Positions 28,556 to 40,650 of a stretch of DNA of 64,000 bases are shown here, piece by piece. Location of the stretch: the NCBI GenBank assembly GCA_050575255.1, contig JBNZDD010013586.1, positions 587,083-651,082 on the forward strand, read 5' to 3'. Position 1 is the first letter of the stretch, and every line of letters starts with the position of its first letter. The translations under genes and the position numbers were made by a program. Under the pieces are notes generated by a model, which was not told the origin of the DNA, searched no databases, and saw only the letters and a list, made by a program, of their open reading frames with translations. Origin of the DNA: Harriotta raleighana (Eukaryota).

Positions 28556-30304
28556 TATTTATTAATTATTTTTGAATCTTCAAGAGGAATGTGTTGAGTT
28601 TGTGTACCCAGTCTTGAGCCCGAGCAAAGAGATCTTAAACACCTGAATATCTTGTTCCAGTCTTGAGGTTAGGGAGAGATTAAGCAGAGATCTACTTGAA
28701 ATTTAAAAGGGAGGTGCCATTTACTGTCAGGTTTGAACAGATTTTCATAACCACAATTGTCAAATCTTTTCTCTCAAATTGCACGGGATTACAGTTATCC
28801 GCAAAGAAAACACCCCCCAACTGATGTCAGAGTCAAGAGCTGACACTGGTCGAAGGGAGCTAAGCCTGGAGCCAGTTTAACTGATCCAATTTCTAACCGC
28901 ATTTTGAAAGCAGAAAATTAGCAGCTTTACGAATTCAAAATCCCCCACGACTCCTCTTAACACTGCTTTACATCTCTGTGCAGCATTCCTCTGCTACCTC
29001 CAACACTTCCTTGAAACACGAATGTCCTATTCCTACTTCTTATCATAATGGTGCTTTGTAGTGTTTAAAGGCTGAGGCCTTAAAATATCCATTGATACTT
29101 TCTCCGAATCAGTATATATTGAATATCCCGTTGGAAATGTATTTTAACTGTCTAGATGAAACAATAACATATTGAATTTGTTTTAATGATCCAAATCTTG
29201 GAGAAAAGTGCTGAGGGCAGCAAACCTAAGCCTCTTTACAACTTGGATTATTTTTTTGGTGGGGGTGGTGTGTGCGGGTTCATCCTTTTAGAAAGCCCTT
29301 TGGGAGAGGATTGCATGAAGATTTCACCATCTGCACCCTGGCGAAACACTGGAAATTATGGAAAATGTCAATCCACTTCTTTTCACATGAAGACGAGAAG
29401 CCAGTCAGTCGAATGTACCAGCCAGGTGATGACAAGCACACCTAATTCAACAAAGATTGTTTACCATTATCGGCTTGCAGGATTCAGCTTCAAGATGTGA
29501 CAGGCACGCTACAAATTAATATCCACCCTGGGGCCTCACTGATCTCATGCACATGTATGCCAAATTCGAAATCTGTCAGCAGAAATTGTCACGAACAATT
29601 TGTTTCACATTTGCTCGGTTTCAGTCAAACTCGGTAAAGACCTTACCTTACCCACAACCATTTCATCACCCGCAGACAAGTGCGAAGGAGCCATTTCATC
29701 CTTTTCAAAAGACTTGTCTCCGTTACGTGTGCCTCTTACACTGTGCGTTCCATACCTCCAACTGTATTGAGTTATACGTTCAAGACAAGAACATACAAAA
29801 GCTCTAACTAATTAGTAGGGGAGAATCAGACGAATATTACACCATTACTGAATTCATAACCTATCTCAAGATGACACTAGTTTGCAACACTCTAAAGGAC
29901 CCTTGAGATTAAAACCACAATTTGCCATTGGAGATTTAGAAAACAGTTTCTTTTTTTTTCCCCCCCACTTGAAGATTTAACTTGAAGGAGAAAGCCACTA
30001 ATGGCAGAGAGAGGAATTTGAGTGATAGATACCAGGGGCTAGTTTCAAATTCGATCGAGCTGGGCCTTGCGAGATTGTCTGGAGAAGAAATTGCAGAAAA
30101 GAGAATCTAGTTAGCTGCACCGGCAAACATTGGAAGAAAGCCAACAGAGAGAAATTGATAGGGACATCAGGCACAGAAACATCCAGCTTTAAAGATTACT
30201 TGTGGATGGAAACATAGTGAACAGCATACATTGAGAATCACTCATGAAAACAGTGATCATTTAAATCCCTCTTTCTCCATTGAATCCATTAGAGCAGAGC
30301 TGGG

Positions 30305-30745
30305 TGTGTGTTGCGCTGTCAGAGGTGGTATTCTTTGGATGGGACATTAAACCAAATGAATGTTAAGGGTCCCACATCACTATTCGAAATGAGAACATAG
30401 GAACATAGGAATTAGGAGAAGGAACAGGCCATTCGGCCCGTCGAGCCTGCCCCACCATTCAATAAGATCATGGCTGATCTTCCAATCTATATAGTTTTTT
30501 AAAAGTTGGGGGAGATGGAGTTAGATGAGACAAGGGAGTTTCTTCCGATTTCCTGGCCACCAACCCCAAATAAAATTGGTCATTCGCTTCATGGCTGTTT
30601 GTGATGTATTGCTGCCATTAGCTGCCATGCATACATAAGTTGGCTCATGCAATCACCCCACAAAAGTACAGTCACATATCATGTGAAGCACTTCAAGCAC
30701 CGACTATCTCCTGCCATGGAAGGAGTTGTACCAAATGTAAGGCTT
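30305..30745 (+). mobile_element. Old DeuSINE (AmnSINE1/SacSINE1-like) relic
   Basis: gctgtcagaggtgg..tttggatgggacattaaacc, cactattcgaa, gggagtttcttccgatttcctggcca, ggtcatt..ggctgtttgtg occur in Deu-domain order. Confidence 0.6.
30393..30482 (-). mobile_element. CR1 3' tail inserted into the DeuSINE relic
   Basis: (gaacatag)2gaattaggag..aggccattcggccc.tcgagcctgc..ccattcaataagatcatggctgatct is the reverse of a shark-type CR1 end. Confidence 0.8.
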
Positions 30746-31392
30746 CTTATTAGTTATCTGATAGGATATCCGTGTTGCATGAAACCCCAATCCACGTGCC
30801 CAGCACATATGTAACACGAATGAATCGCATCGAAATAAACAAAATAACAGAAGGCTGTTCACTTTGGGCACAAAGCCAAGGTTACAAATTGATCGTAAAC
30901 ATGAGCAGACCAATACTCTTGCTCGCTCTACACACACAAAATAAGACAAGATATCTGTTAGCTGATCGCAACAAATGTGCATCGCCACCCTGGTAATGGC
31001 CACACACTATCTTTCTGAATTAAGATTCTCCAAACACCAATCTCTCCCAGTACATAAGGTGTACATAATATGTTAGTCTTCATCTATTGTTATGGCACTA
31101 TTTCCCATGACCTCCCATTGATTTTCATTTTTGAAGAGCTTAGGTTTTTCCCAATGGACCCAACAGTCAATTTTGATTTGAGTTTATGAGTTTAGAATTA
31201 GATCACCCAGTAATTTTGGCACACATAAGTTGATACTGAATCAATGTGATTCGCTGAGCAGAACAGAATTACATTTAGTAGCTTTAAAACGAAAATGGTA
31301 TTGGAAAAAGCAAACCCAGATCATTACTTCAAATTATGTGCAGCGCATTGAAATGTCCACTCGCATTTCAATTGCAAATTATTATTTTACGG

Positions 31393-31482
31393 AATATACC
31401 ATAAAGTGAATTGACTGTGTATTTGTGGGCGAAACGCGGCAGCCAATTGTTGTTATTAGGCGTGTGGGGTAGGGAAACTTCA
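31393..31482 (-). mobile_element. Internally deleted SINE fragment
   Basis: aagtgaattgactgtgtatttgtgggcgaaacgcggcagccaattg joined directly to ttattaggcgtgtgg. Confidence 0.75.
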
Positions 31483-31799
31483 GGACTCTGTTCGTCAATC
31501 ATCTTATTTATTTGAGAAAATATCAGAATATTTGCTTATTTGAAAGACATACTGGTTTATTGAAAGAAGGAATCACCGTAATGTACAATCAATCTGTACT
31601 AAAACTCCTAGTCTATGTGTTGAAATATATGTCCAGTTCTGTCCCAGAGTCCTGCAACTCAGGACTCTAGGACAGAACTGGATATAGCCTCGAAAGCGAG
31701 AGGACCTGGGAAGGGTGAAACGTTTCCTTATTTCTTTGTCCTCTGTTTAGCTAGTATGAACCCGGTTGATAGTCGATTGGCGGATTGCTTTTCAGGGGG

Positions 31800-31995
31800 T
31801 TAATAATCCTTCCAAAACAACAAAGTAATAATTTGTTCACAACTGTTCTTGGGACATTGCTTTGGTGGAATTGGCTGCCTATTTCGCGCACAAAATATAC
31901 AGTCAATTCACTTTACAATATACTGTATTCTGTGAAGTGCTTTTCGAATGTCTCGAAAATGTGATAAAGTGCTTCATCAAGTGCAAGGATCCAAT
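31800..31995 (+). mobile_element. SINE 3' part
   Basis: attggctgcc core, cagtcaattcactttac, gcaaggat tail. Confidence 0.75.
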
Positions 31996-32852
31996 AAGTT
32001 GTTCTGGAAAGCCTCATCTGCATAATTTAGGAAATAATTAAAAATGTTACTTCCGTTTCTTAAAATGCTAATACATTAATTATACATACGAGCGAACTGT
32101 TTTGTCTCAGATGTAATTTTTTTTTTTTTACCTTTGTATGAAACGAGGTTTACCTATGTAAGTCCTTTGCCTTGAAGGGAAATGTATGTTTGCTTCTGAA
32201 TACGTTATAGGAGAGAGAAGCAAACTCTATAATTGTGGATCATTGCAATCTCCAAGGTTATTTCTTTTTGTTTCCATTGATCGAATTGTCAATTGCAGGA
32301 AAATCTCACATAATTCAGAATCCCCCCCACCAGCGATCTCCGTGTCGGGCGATCGACCTTTAACGATATTGATGTCTACACTGCTACAATGAAATGAAGA
32401 GAAGTTATTGGGGGAAAAAGTAACAAGAAATTCATTCAATGCTCAAGTGATGTGTACGTCTGCATCTGTAACATAAAGCTGGTTCAGTCATTTTAATAAT
32501 TGAATAGGTGTTGTTATGGTAATTGTCTTGGATGACATTTTATCCCTTTCCTTCTCCACAAAACATGAAACCATCGTCACAAAATGACAATTGCAGCCTC
32601 GTGTCGCTAATCAATGATCTTCTATATTTTATCCATGTTTTTGATTGATAAAGAAGTGAGTCCGCTGAAAATCTTGTCCTGCAACGTTGGTACGACACCA
32701 AACATAACAGTGACAGCGTAATTTGTAGGTGAACGACTTTACAAGGATTTAAGCCCTGACCCACAATAAGCCTGCAAACCAATATACTGTACTGTGCGTT
32801 TCCTCCAGGCCTGCTGGTTTTGATGAAGAAAATGATTCTTTATGCATTTTAA

Positions 32853-33079
32853 GGTGTAGAAATTTCATCAGGGTCTAAATTTATTCCGTAAACGAAGCAT
32901 TAAAGAGAGCATCCAGAATTTGTCAAATCCTTAAAAGCAATCTTTTATTCTGATTGCTTGAAGTTGTAGGCTTCAAAGATACAACTGATTATTTGACAAA
33001 TTGCCAGATAGCTGCACGCTCTCTGAATTGATGCGATGTTAAATACAGTGAATCTAGACCCAGGCAGAATTTCCACCCA
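32853..33079. mobile_element. Palindromic MITE-like element, copy 3
   Basis: TIRs gtagaaatttcatcagggtctaaattta / gtgaatctagacccaggcagaatttccaccc; inner arms aatttgtcaaat / atttgacaaatt. Confidence 0.62.
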
Positions 33080-35027
33080 CAAGTTCTTAATCTCAGTCGT
33101 GTTCACTGGGCAGCTAACCTCACAATGGCAGGGACTTTTCACCAAAGGAGGGCAAAGAGAAACCAGAGCACTAATCACCGGAGTTCAGACACCACTGAAC
33201 AGCAATGTGCGCTGCTATTAACAGTGTTAACTAGCAGTTTTGGGAGGAGGTGTTATATCTGCGGTCACCTACCCTCCTTGGGTCTGCAGCACGATAGAGG
33301 GAACCATGGGGCTGGAACTGAAGCGAGCAATTTATCTCTATTTATAACAGGCTCCAATTTCCTTTGAAACCTCATTTATAACAGTAAAATTCTGCTGATT
33401 GACGACGCACACAAAAAAAACCTGAGCGACAATGTGTATTTATCCGTCTGCAAAACTCTGACCTCGGGACTGAAGCAGTTTCCCAGCCACCCCCCCCTTC
33501 TCCCCCCCTCTCCCATGTTAATACCTCAGGGACTGCAGTAGCTTCTTGACATGTTAGGATTTAGTCTTTGTGTACAGCGATTTCCAATTGAGAGGATTAA
33601 AGATATGGCAAACCATTTCCACAGGCCCTATTGAAGTCAAAGTTTAAGACCGAAGAGTTAATCAGATTCATGTCAGGGGGTGTGTGGGGTGGTGTGGGAA
33701 GGGAGAAAAAAATCTCGTGGCCACAGAATTTAGCATTTATAGTAGTATTNCTTTTCCCCCCCCCCCCCCCCCCCCCCCCCAGCATTGTAGCGGACCTTCG
33801 AGAGCAGCTGTCATGTGGCTGAGTGATAAAACTCTCGCACTCCTATGATTTCAGTTTGATTCATTGTCTATCTCAGGCGTCGGTCCACAGTCAAGTGTGG
33901 AGTCTGTCAGCCTTCAGTCAATCAACCAACCGTCGAGAGGCTCTGTGGTTTTGAAACAGGAGACTAATCAATGGGACCCGCCTTGTGCATTAGCACGCAA
34001 GCAACTATTTACTCTGAAGATTTCACTCGCTAGGTTGGGCAGAGGTGCGTAGACCAAAACAAGCTCGATAAACAAGCTCACGCGATTATCAAAAAGGTGC
34101 AACAGCACACACACACAAAAAAAACACACAAAGAGACTCTGTAAGTGTCGGAATTGCAATTGTGTCCGGGGCAAAACATACGATCGTTTCAGATAACGGA
34201 GGACTAACCAACAAAAAAAAACACCTGCGTTGGATCATGAGGACGCCTCAAAGCGCCTCCCTGGATTTACTGCAAAATAAATCCGGTGACTGTGCATTAG
34301 GGGCGCGATACCAGGCCACAAGGAGAATTTATTCTACTCAAGAGCGAGCGAGCCAAAGAGTGGAACCTCATTGAAATGTTTATTCCCTCCATGACATTTC
34401 CTGATCAAGTCACCCTAAGTTACGACACTATTCTGCGGCTGTTGGAATGACGGTGACCAGAAAATCTTATTCTGCACCACGCATTGTTTGAAGCAAGATT
34501 GATAGCTGTGCTAACCAAACTGTTCAGTAGCAGCAAAGCATAAACTTGCCACTTTATCTTTGTCGGGCTAACAGAAATTGGTTTCCACGTACTGTACAAC
34601 AGTCAAACTCTACAATCCATTGCATTTCCCAAGCGTCGGTGGGAGAAAAAAAAAACACGTTCAGGGTTCAAGAAGACATTTTCATTAAAGCTGTCAAAAA
34701 CTTTCCAGCCTTGTTGCAAGGTTTCATTACAGTACTAACCTTTTACCCTTCAGACCACTTGCAGTGCACACAGTAAGCTTGGTGACGGAGTGTGAAACCC
34801 TCTTCAGTTACTGTTTGCCACCCTCACGTGGAAGTCAGGGAGAATTACATTCAGAGCAATTCCTGGCAAAGGCATGAAACAAAGCGTTCTCTTTATGATA
34901 CCCAGCACATCAGCCAATATAGTGGTAGTTTGTAAAGGCTTACAAAGTTTAACGAGGAACACGAGTAAGCAACGGAGGCATGGCAGTTGAGGCATGGTAG
35001 TCAGTAAGGTTTTATAATAGTAAAACT

Positions 35028-35135
35028 AATTATCCTTGCGTTTGATGGAGTGCCTCATCACCTCTTCGAGACGTCTCAGAGCGCTTCACGGAATATACAG
35101 TACTGTAAAGTGAATTGACTTGTGTATTTTGAGAG
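35028..35135 (-). mobile_element. SINE tail fragment
   Basis: atccttgcgtttgat...gagacgtctcagagcgcttcac...aagtgaattgact. Confidence 0.75.
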
Positions 35136-35589
35136 CGCGAGTTGGAACATCTGGGGTGTTCCTCCACTTTTTAAAACACACAAAAAAAAAGGAATATTTA
35201 ATGTAGAAACACTATTCCCTGTGCTGCAGATATGAGCGTTAGGTCCAGATCAAGAGGTTACTGATTCGCACTCAGGTTGCGAGTTAGCTGGTCTCAGCAG
35301 GTGAGGGAATTGGCTGCTGTAATTGGCCTTAAGAGGCCTCGACAGTGAGTGAGATCCACGAGTTGACAGTCAGGCAAGATGGGAATCAGGTGCTGGAGCT
35401 TATCAACAACCAACTGCCAGGACTCACCTGTTAACAATGGGCACTTGAGCAACGTAACAGGAGGGGCTCAGTGAATGCCTGGGAAACCCCAGCCAGTGAA
35501 TCTTAAATGACTTAAGAGTAAAGGAAAAGCAGATGTAAAATGCAGAGGAACTGATTGTCGCAATGCCGTTTTGTTCAAATATGGTGGCG

Positions 35590-35720
35590 TTTGTTTTCGC
35601 CCACACATATCCAGTCCATTCACTTTAACAGTATGCTCTGTGAAGCCCTTTGAGACGTCCAGAAGACGTGAAAAGCCACATGTCAAATGCAAGGATTATT
35701 ATTATTATCATTATTATTAA
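35590..35720 (+). mobile_element. SINE tail fragment
   Basis: tttcgcccaca...gtgaagccctttgagacgtccagaagacgtgaaaag...gcaaggattattatt. Confidence 0.8.
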
Positions 35721-35948
35721 TGTTAGCATTTTTCCAAGCTTATTGAATCTTTAGAATGTTTAACAAGCGTAAGTGAGAGCCTGCCCGCGTTCAGCAAATA
35801 ATCAGTCATTGCGCAAATAGATAATATACAAATACATTTGGCTGGTGAGTCACACCAGCTTCTGAACCCGAAACAATAAAAGTTACTGACTCAACAACTC
35901 GGAACATTTCTACTCCGCATTTACCCACCTCGACCTAACCCCCCCCCC

Positions 35949-35980
<32 letters not shown>

Positions 35981-36894
35981 GACTCGGGGTTTTATCTGAT
36001 CATTCGGAATGACTAAAGTTCACGTGTTGACTGGGCTTGCAAGTAGTTGCGCATAAAAACCACAGAAGTGCTTTCGTCCTCAAGAGGGAGACGAGGTTAA
36101 ATGATTGAACATCCCACCATCTCCCAAGAGGTTGCCAGCCACAAAGTCAGCAGGTGGAAGTCTCCCAATTCCTTGACGTGGCTGGAGTGGAACACTGTGC
36201 AAACCGGGAGGTAGGGAGGGTTGTCATCAAAGTCCAGTTCAAAAAAAAAAAAAAGTAGGGTTTGTTCGGGGTTTTGAAGACAAAGAGAGAGTGATGTGAG
36301 GCCAAGATGCCCCAGAGCTCAGAGGCCAATAGCAACAACTCACTCACCTGTGTCGCTCCTGCTAAGATCATTTTCTTTATGTTATCGCCATCCTGTGGCC
36401 TCTTCGGGAATTGCTTTTGCAATGTCTCGGCACTTTGCCCGGGTCCTTGTTCCATTCAGTTAGGTTTCCAAATCAACGGCGTACACGTTAAATTGATACT
36501 GGATAGAAATCTATATTTACAAGCTACCGGTAAATTCAATTCATGAACCCTTTCCCTCCCCAACCCCACCAACTCCTCCCAATTTTGACAAGTGTTTCCG
36601 GATTGGAATGGATGCATCCGGGCAGGTTTGTCAGCTTTCGATTCCAAACGAGCCTCAAAACAATGTATTTATTCCATTAACCTTTAGTTAGNCAAGCTAC
36701 CGGTAAATTCAATTCATGAACCCTTTCCCTCCCCAACCCCACTCCCACCCCACCAACTCCTCCCAATTTTGACAAGTGTTTCCGGATTGGAATGGATGCA
36801 TCCGGGCAGGTTTGTCAGTTTACGATTCCAAACGAGCTTCAAAACAATGTATTTATTCCAATAACCTTTAGTTAATTCCATCTAATTGATAAAG

Positions 36895-37040
36895 CGCATT
36901 TGACATAGGGGTTTATCGCATTGTCAAGACGTCTCAAAGTGCTTCAACGATACACCGTAAAGTGGTGTTGACTGTGTGTTTTGCGGGAGAAATGCAGCAG
37001 CTAGTTTTGTGCAGCGCGATGTCCCACAAACGGCAAGCGG
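36895..37040 (-). mobile_element. Diverged SINE 3' half
   Basis: gcatttgacatag...agacgtctcaaagtgcttca...gtcccacaaac. Confidence 0.65.
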
Positions 37041-37875
37041 CCGATTTTTATTTGGGGAATTTATAAGCCAGAGAGAGAAATTTGCTTCTCTTTTCGACTA
37101 GCACTCTCTTTAACAGGCAGACGAGGCCTTGGTTTAAACATCTCATTCGAAATGAATCAACTGTGTGTTTTCGTGGGCAAAACATTGTGAGTGGCTCGCT
37201 TTGTCGCTGCGTTCCTTCCATTCTATCCACCTTCCCTCTTGCATTGGTTTTGAGAAACCTATTATCAACCGTAACTGTGTGTGTGTGTGTGTGTGTGTGT
37301 GTTTCCCCCCTTGTGTCATCTTTAAACTGTGTTGCATTTCCATCATTGGATAATAATCCTTGATTTGATAGATATCCTTTCGCGCGCCAGAGGGCATCTC
37401 AAAGCACTTAAGACAGAACTTACTGTCATGTCAACACCCAATGCTAAGTAGATCTTTAGCTGCCACATTGATCACGAAGGAGAGCATTGTAATAGCTGGT
37501 GGCTCAGGGCAGCTTGCCAGATGTGTTCCGCACTCGCAAGTGTATGCGCTCTTCACTAACAAATGCTACAAACTCAGTGCAGTGACACCTTAGCTCCATG
37601 ATTGGGGGAAATGTGTGCTGGGGGAGCAGGTATCTGAACGAAAATTGCCTCCGCTACAAAGATGAATTAATACATTTTATTCTGCCATTTTGCTTCAGGG
37701 TGAAATGATTTGATGCGTGCGGGCTTTAGAACTAAAGCAGAGATGCCCTGTGATCAATCCTCTGTGCTCTTCCAGGCCTGAAACCTGCGTTTGGCGGGGG
37801 CATAAAGTCTACGTTTCAAGCCAGTGGGTGATGAAATGAGAAGAGGATTGATGTACTGTACATACATAGATAGAT

Positions 37876-37935
37876 AAACACACGCACACATATACACACA
37901 CAGGGTGAATGTTCAAATGTAAATAAAAATTTACT
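37876..37935 (-). terminator. Candidate polyadenylation site: variant hexamer AGTAAA plus downstream GU-rich element
   Basis: Minus strand reads ccAGTAAAtttttatttacatttgaacattcaccc then tgtgtgtatatgtgtgcgtgtgttt; TGTA elements lie upstream. Confidence 0.4.
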
Positions 37936-40617
37936 GGCTAACAAAAAAAGGTTAAAACTGACAAAAATCTAAACTATTTCAATAAAATAAATTTAAAATT
38001 ATCCACAAAACTCGCTGTACAACTGTTGAATCCAGAAGAAAGAAACGAAAACTACATCACAAACCTTGGGTGTATTTACAGCAGTTACATCATTTGCAAC
38101 AAAACAAAGATTAAAAAAAAAACGAGTCGTTAAGAGATAAGAGCTTTGTCAATTTCGGAAGTGAACGTGAGCTAAAATGAACGGATAAAAGCGCACCTCT
38201 CTCGGGCGAGCCGTTGACGAAGAAGTATTGCACTTGCAATGATAGGAATGGTCGCGGGAATCGTTCCGTTCTTGATGAACAAAACACTAAACACATCAGA
38301 CCAAATGATTGTCTCGGGTTTACAGATTTACGGAGGAGGCGTGATCCAGCCAAGAGGTGCAAACAACATTAAACGCGACAGAACACTGCGAACGTTTCTC
38401 GTCGCAAACGTACAGAGAATTAGACAACGGTCGGAAGAGTTNAAACAACATTAAACGCGACAGAACACTGCGAACGTTTCTCGTCGCAAACGCAAACGTA
38501 CAGAGAATTAGACAACGGTCGGAAGAGTTTCAAACACAATTACAGTTGAAAACTCGCCATCAGGAGCAGTCAATTGTGACTGGACCTTTTTGCCCTCATG
38601 AACGAAGTGCCCTCTTCAGCGAGTTGGGGATTTTGGTCACGGGTAGTTTCGATCCGACGAAAGAGGAGCGTGGTGATGAGCCTTACCACTGAGCTGCTCT
38701 CGTTTGCTCGGGTTCTCAAGCAGTGAGGGCCTAACTGGGGGAACCAGTCTCCGATTGTGAAAGGAGGTGAAAACGTTTTAAATTGGAAATGTAGTTACTA
38801 TTATGTACAAACTCCCAGCCGACAAGACAACACTCTGGCTACAAACAGAGCACCGGGTTCTTCAGCCTTTCCACAAAAAGGTAAAGTCTGTGACAGCTAA
38901 ACGGAATGGATATTTGACTTGATACAGACAGACTGGCCCAGGCCAACAGCTGAACCACACGAGGCTTCCCAAAGCTCCGTTCAAAACAAAAACGGGAGCT
39001 TAAAGACTATCTGATCTTGATTCATTTTCCAACAGGAAAACCCCCACAAAATGCAATTGCCACTAACACTGAATGATGGGGGGGAAAAAAAAAGACGACG
39101 ACGGTGGAAAAAGCACTCATCTCGCATAATGTGCAACGTAAGGAAGAGTTTAACACGTTCTGATTCTTCCATCGAGACGTTTACAGCGAAACTCTCTGAC
39201 ACATCCCCACATCGTTGTCCGTCTAAGATCTGTGAAAGGTGCTGCAATTCGGAGAGAGCTCCTCGAGTGATAAATTACCTAATTAATCTGCATTATGGAA
39301 TCTCAATCTGGTTTGAAGGACTTCACTGATGAGTGCAGAGCTGAATTATTACTTGTCTGTAGCTCTGACTGCACACAAGAGGTATGGGAGTACTCCAATG
39401 TGCAACTAATGTAAAAGATGAAAGAGGATTTCTCTCTGGAAAGACTGACGATTCCTGGAATTTATAGTCTTTCCTGTGTGCATATGGCTCGGAGGGAATC
39501 GGCCATCTAGCGCATTGTATATGATTCACTCACTACACTTCTTTCTCTGCTTTGGTGAGGATAGAGGGGAAAATAAATTAAGATTGGCACAATGATCTCT
39601 TTCTCCGCACTATAAGCAAATGGGTGAAAGGGGTCGGTGGGCGGGCGAAGAGTTCAGTGCTAAGGTATTCCTCAATAAAAGTCTTGGAACATTAAGTAAA
39701 AACTCGAGCTCCAAAACTGGAATTAAATGAACTGCAGTTTCCTCAATTGCTCCCGCATCACTCTCCAAATTATTTAACACTCGAAAATTAAAACAAGTTA
39801 TATACAAACAAGCAGGTCAGTTTCAAGCTTGAGACAGAAGACATTTTTACGTGTCATCAAAAATAGGCTGTAACATATTTTAACACAAACAGCACAAACA
39901 CTGCACAACTCTCCTGATAAGACGATAAACGGATGAATTCGAAAGGGGGCTGGAATTTCGTGAGCGTAACCCAGGAGAGTTAAGGCACAAACAGTGAGTG
40001 GGCTTCAATATATAATCCAATAATCTGCTTGCCCTATGACTCAGCTGACTGAACATTATACAGTATCTATTGTGCAAGTATATAAGAGAAATTTTTAAAA
40101 ATCAGAGAGTTAATGCTAAAACGGTAGCTTCCTTTGTTACTTCAGATGAACAACAGTCAAACTAATTACAAATGGTTTCCCCACCAATACTTCCCTTAAT
40201 GCCTGCGAGATAATGCCTGCTCAAACTGCATCATCCTGTAATATTTTTTGAAATTAAAATCTCCTTTCTTTGTAAGACATCCGGCTAATTCCAGTTGATC
40301 CTTGGTTAATCCCAGCAGTGAAGAGATCTTGTGTCAAGTCAATACTGTTTGGAGGGGGTTTGGGGGGGGGTGGGGGAGAGACTCAGCTGAGCTAACTCCA
40401 CACTCAGGGTTGGTTAACATGTAAAAATCTGCTCTTTCTGACTTAAAAGAGATCACCATCCTATGCACTCATCAGAGTTATCAGCCGGGCTTGAACAGGG
40501 ATTCTGAAGGGTNTAAAAATCTGCTCTTTCTGACTTAAAAGAGATCACCATCCTATGCACTCATCAGAGTTATCTGCCGGGCTTGAACAGGGATTCTGAA
40601 GGGTTTAGGTGAATGAA

Positions 40618-40650
<33 letters not shown>

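Noticed and set aside
31700-31730. Possible hammerhead core (ctgggaagggtgaaacg)
   Set aside because: No CTGANGA box and no stem II
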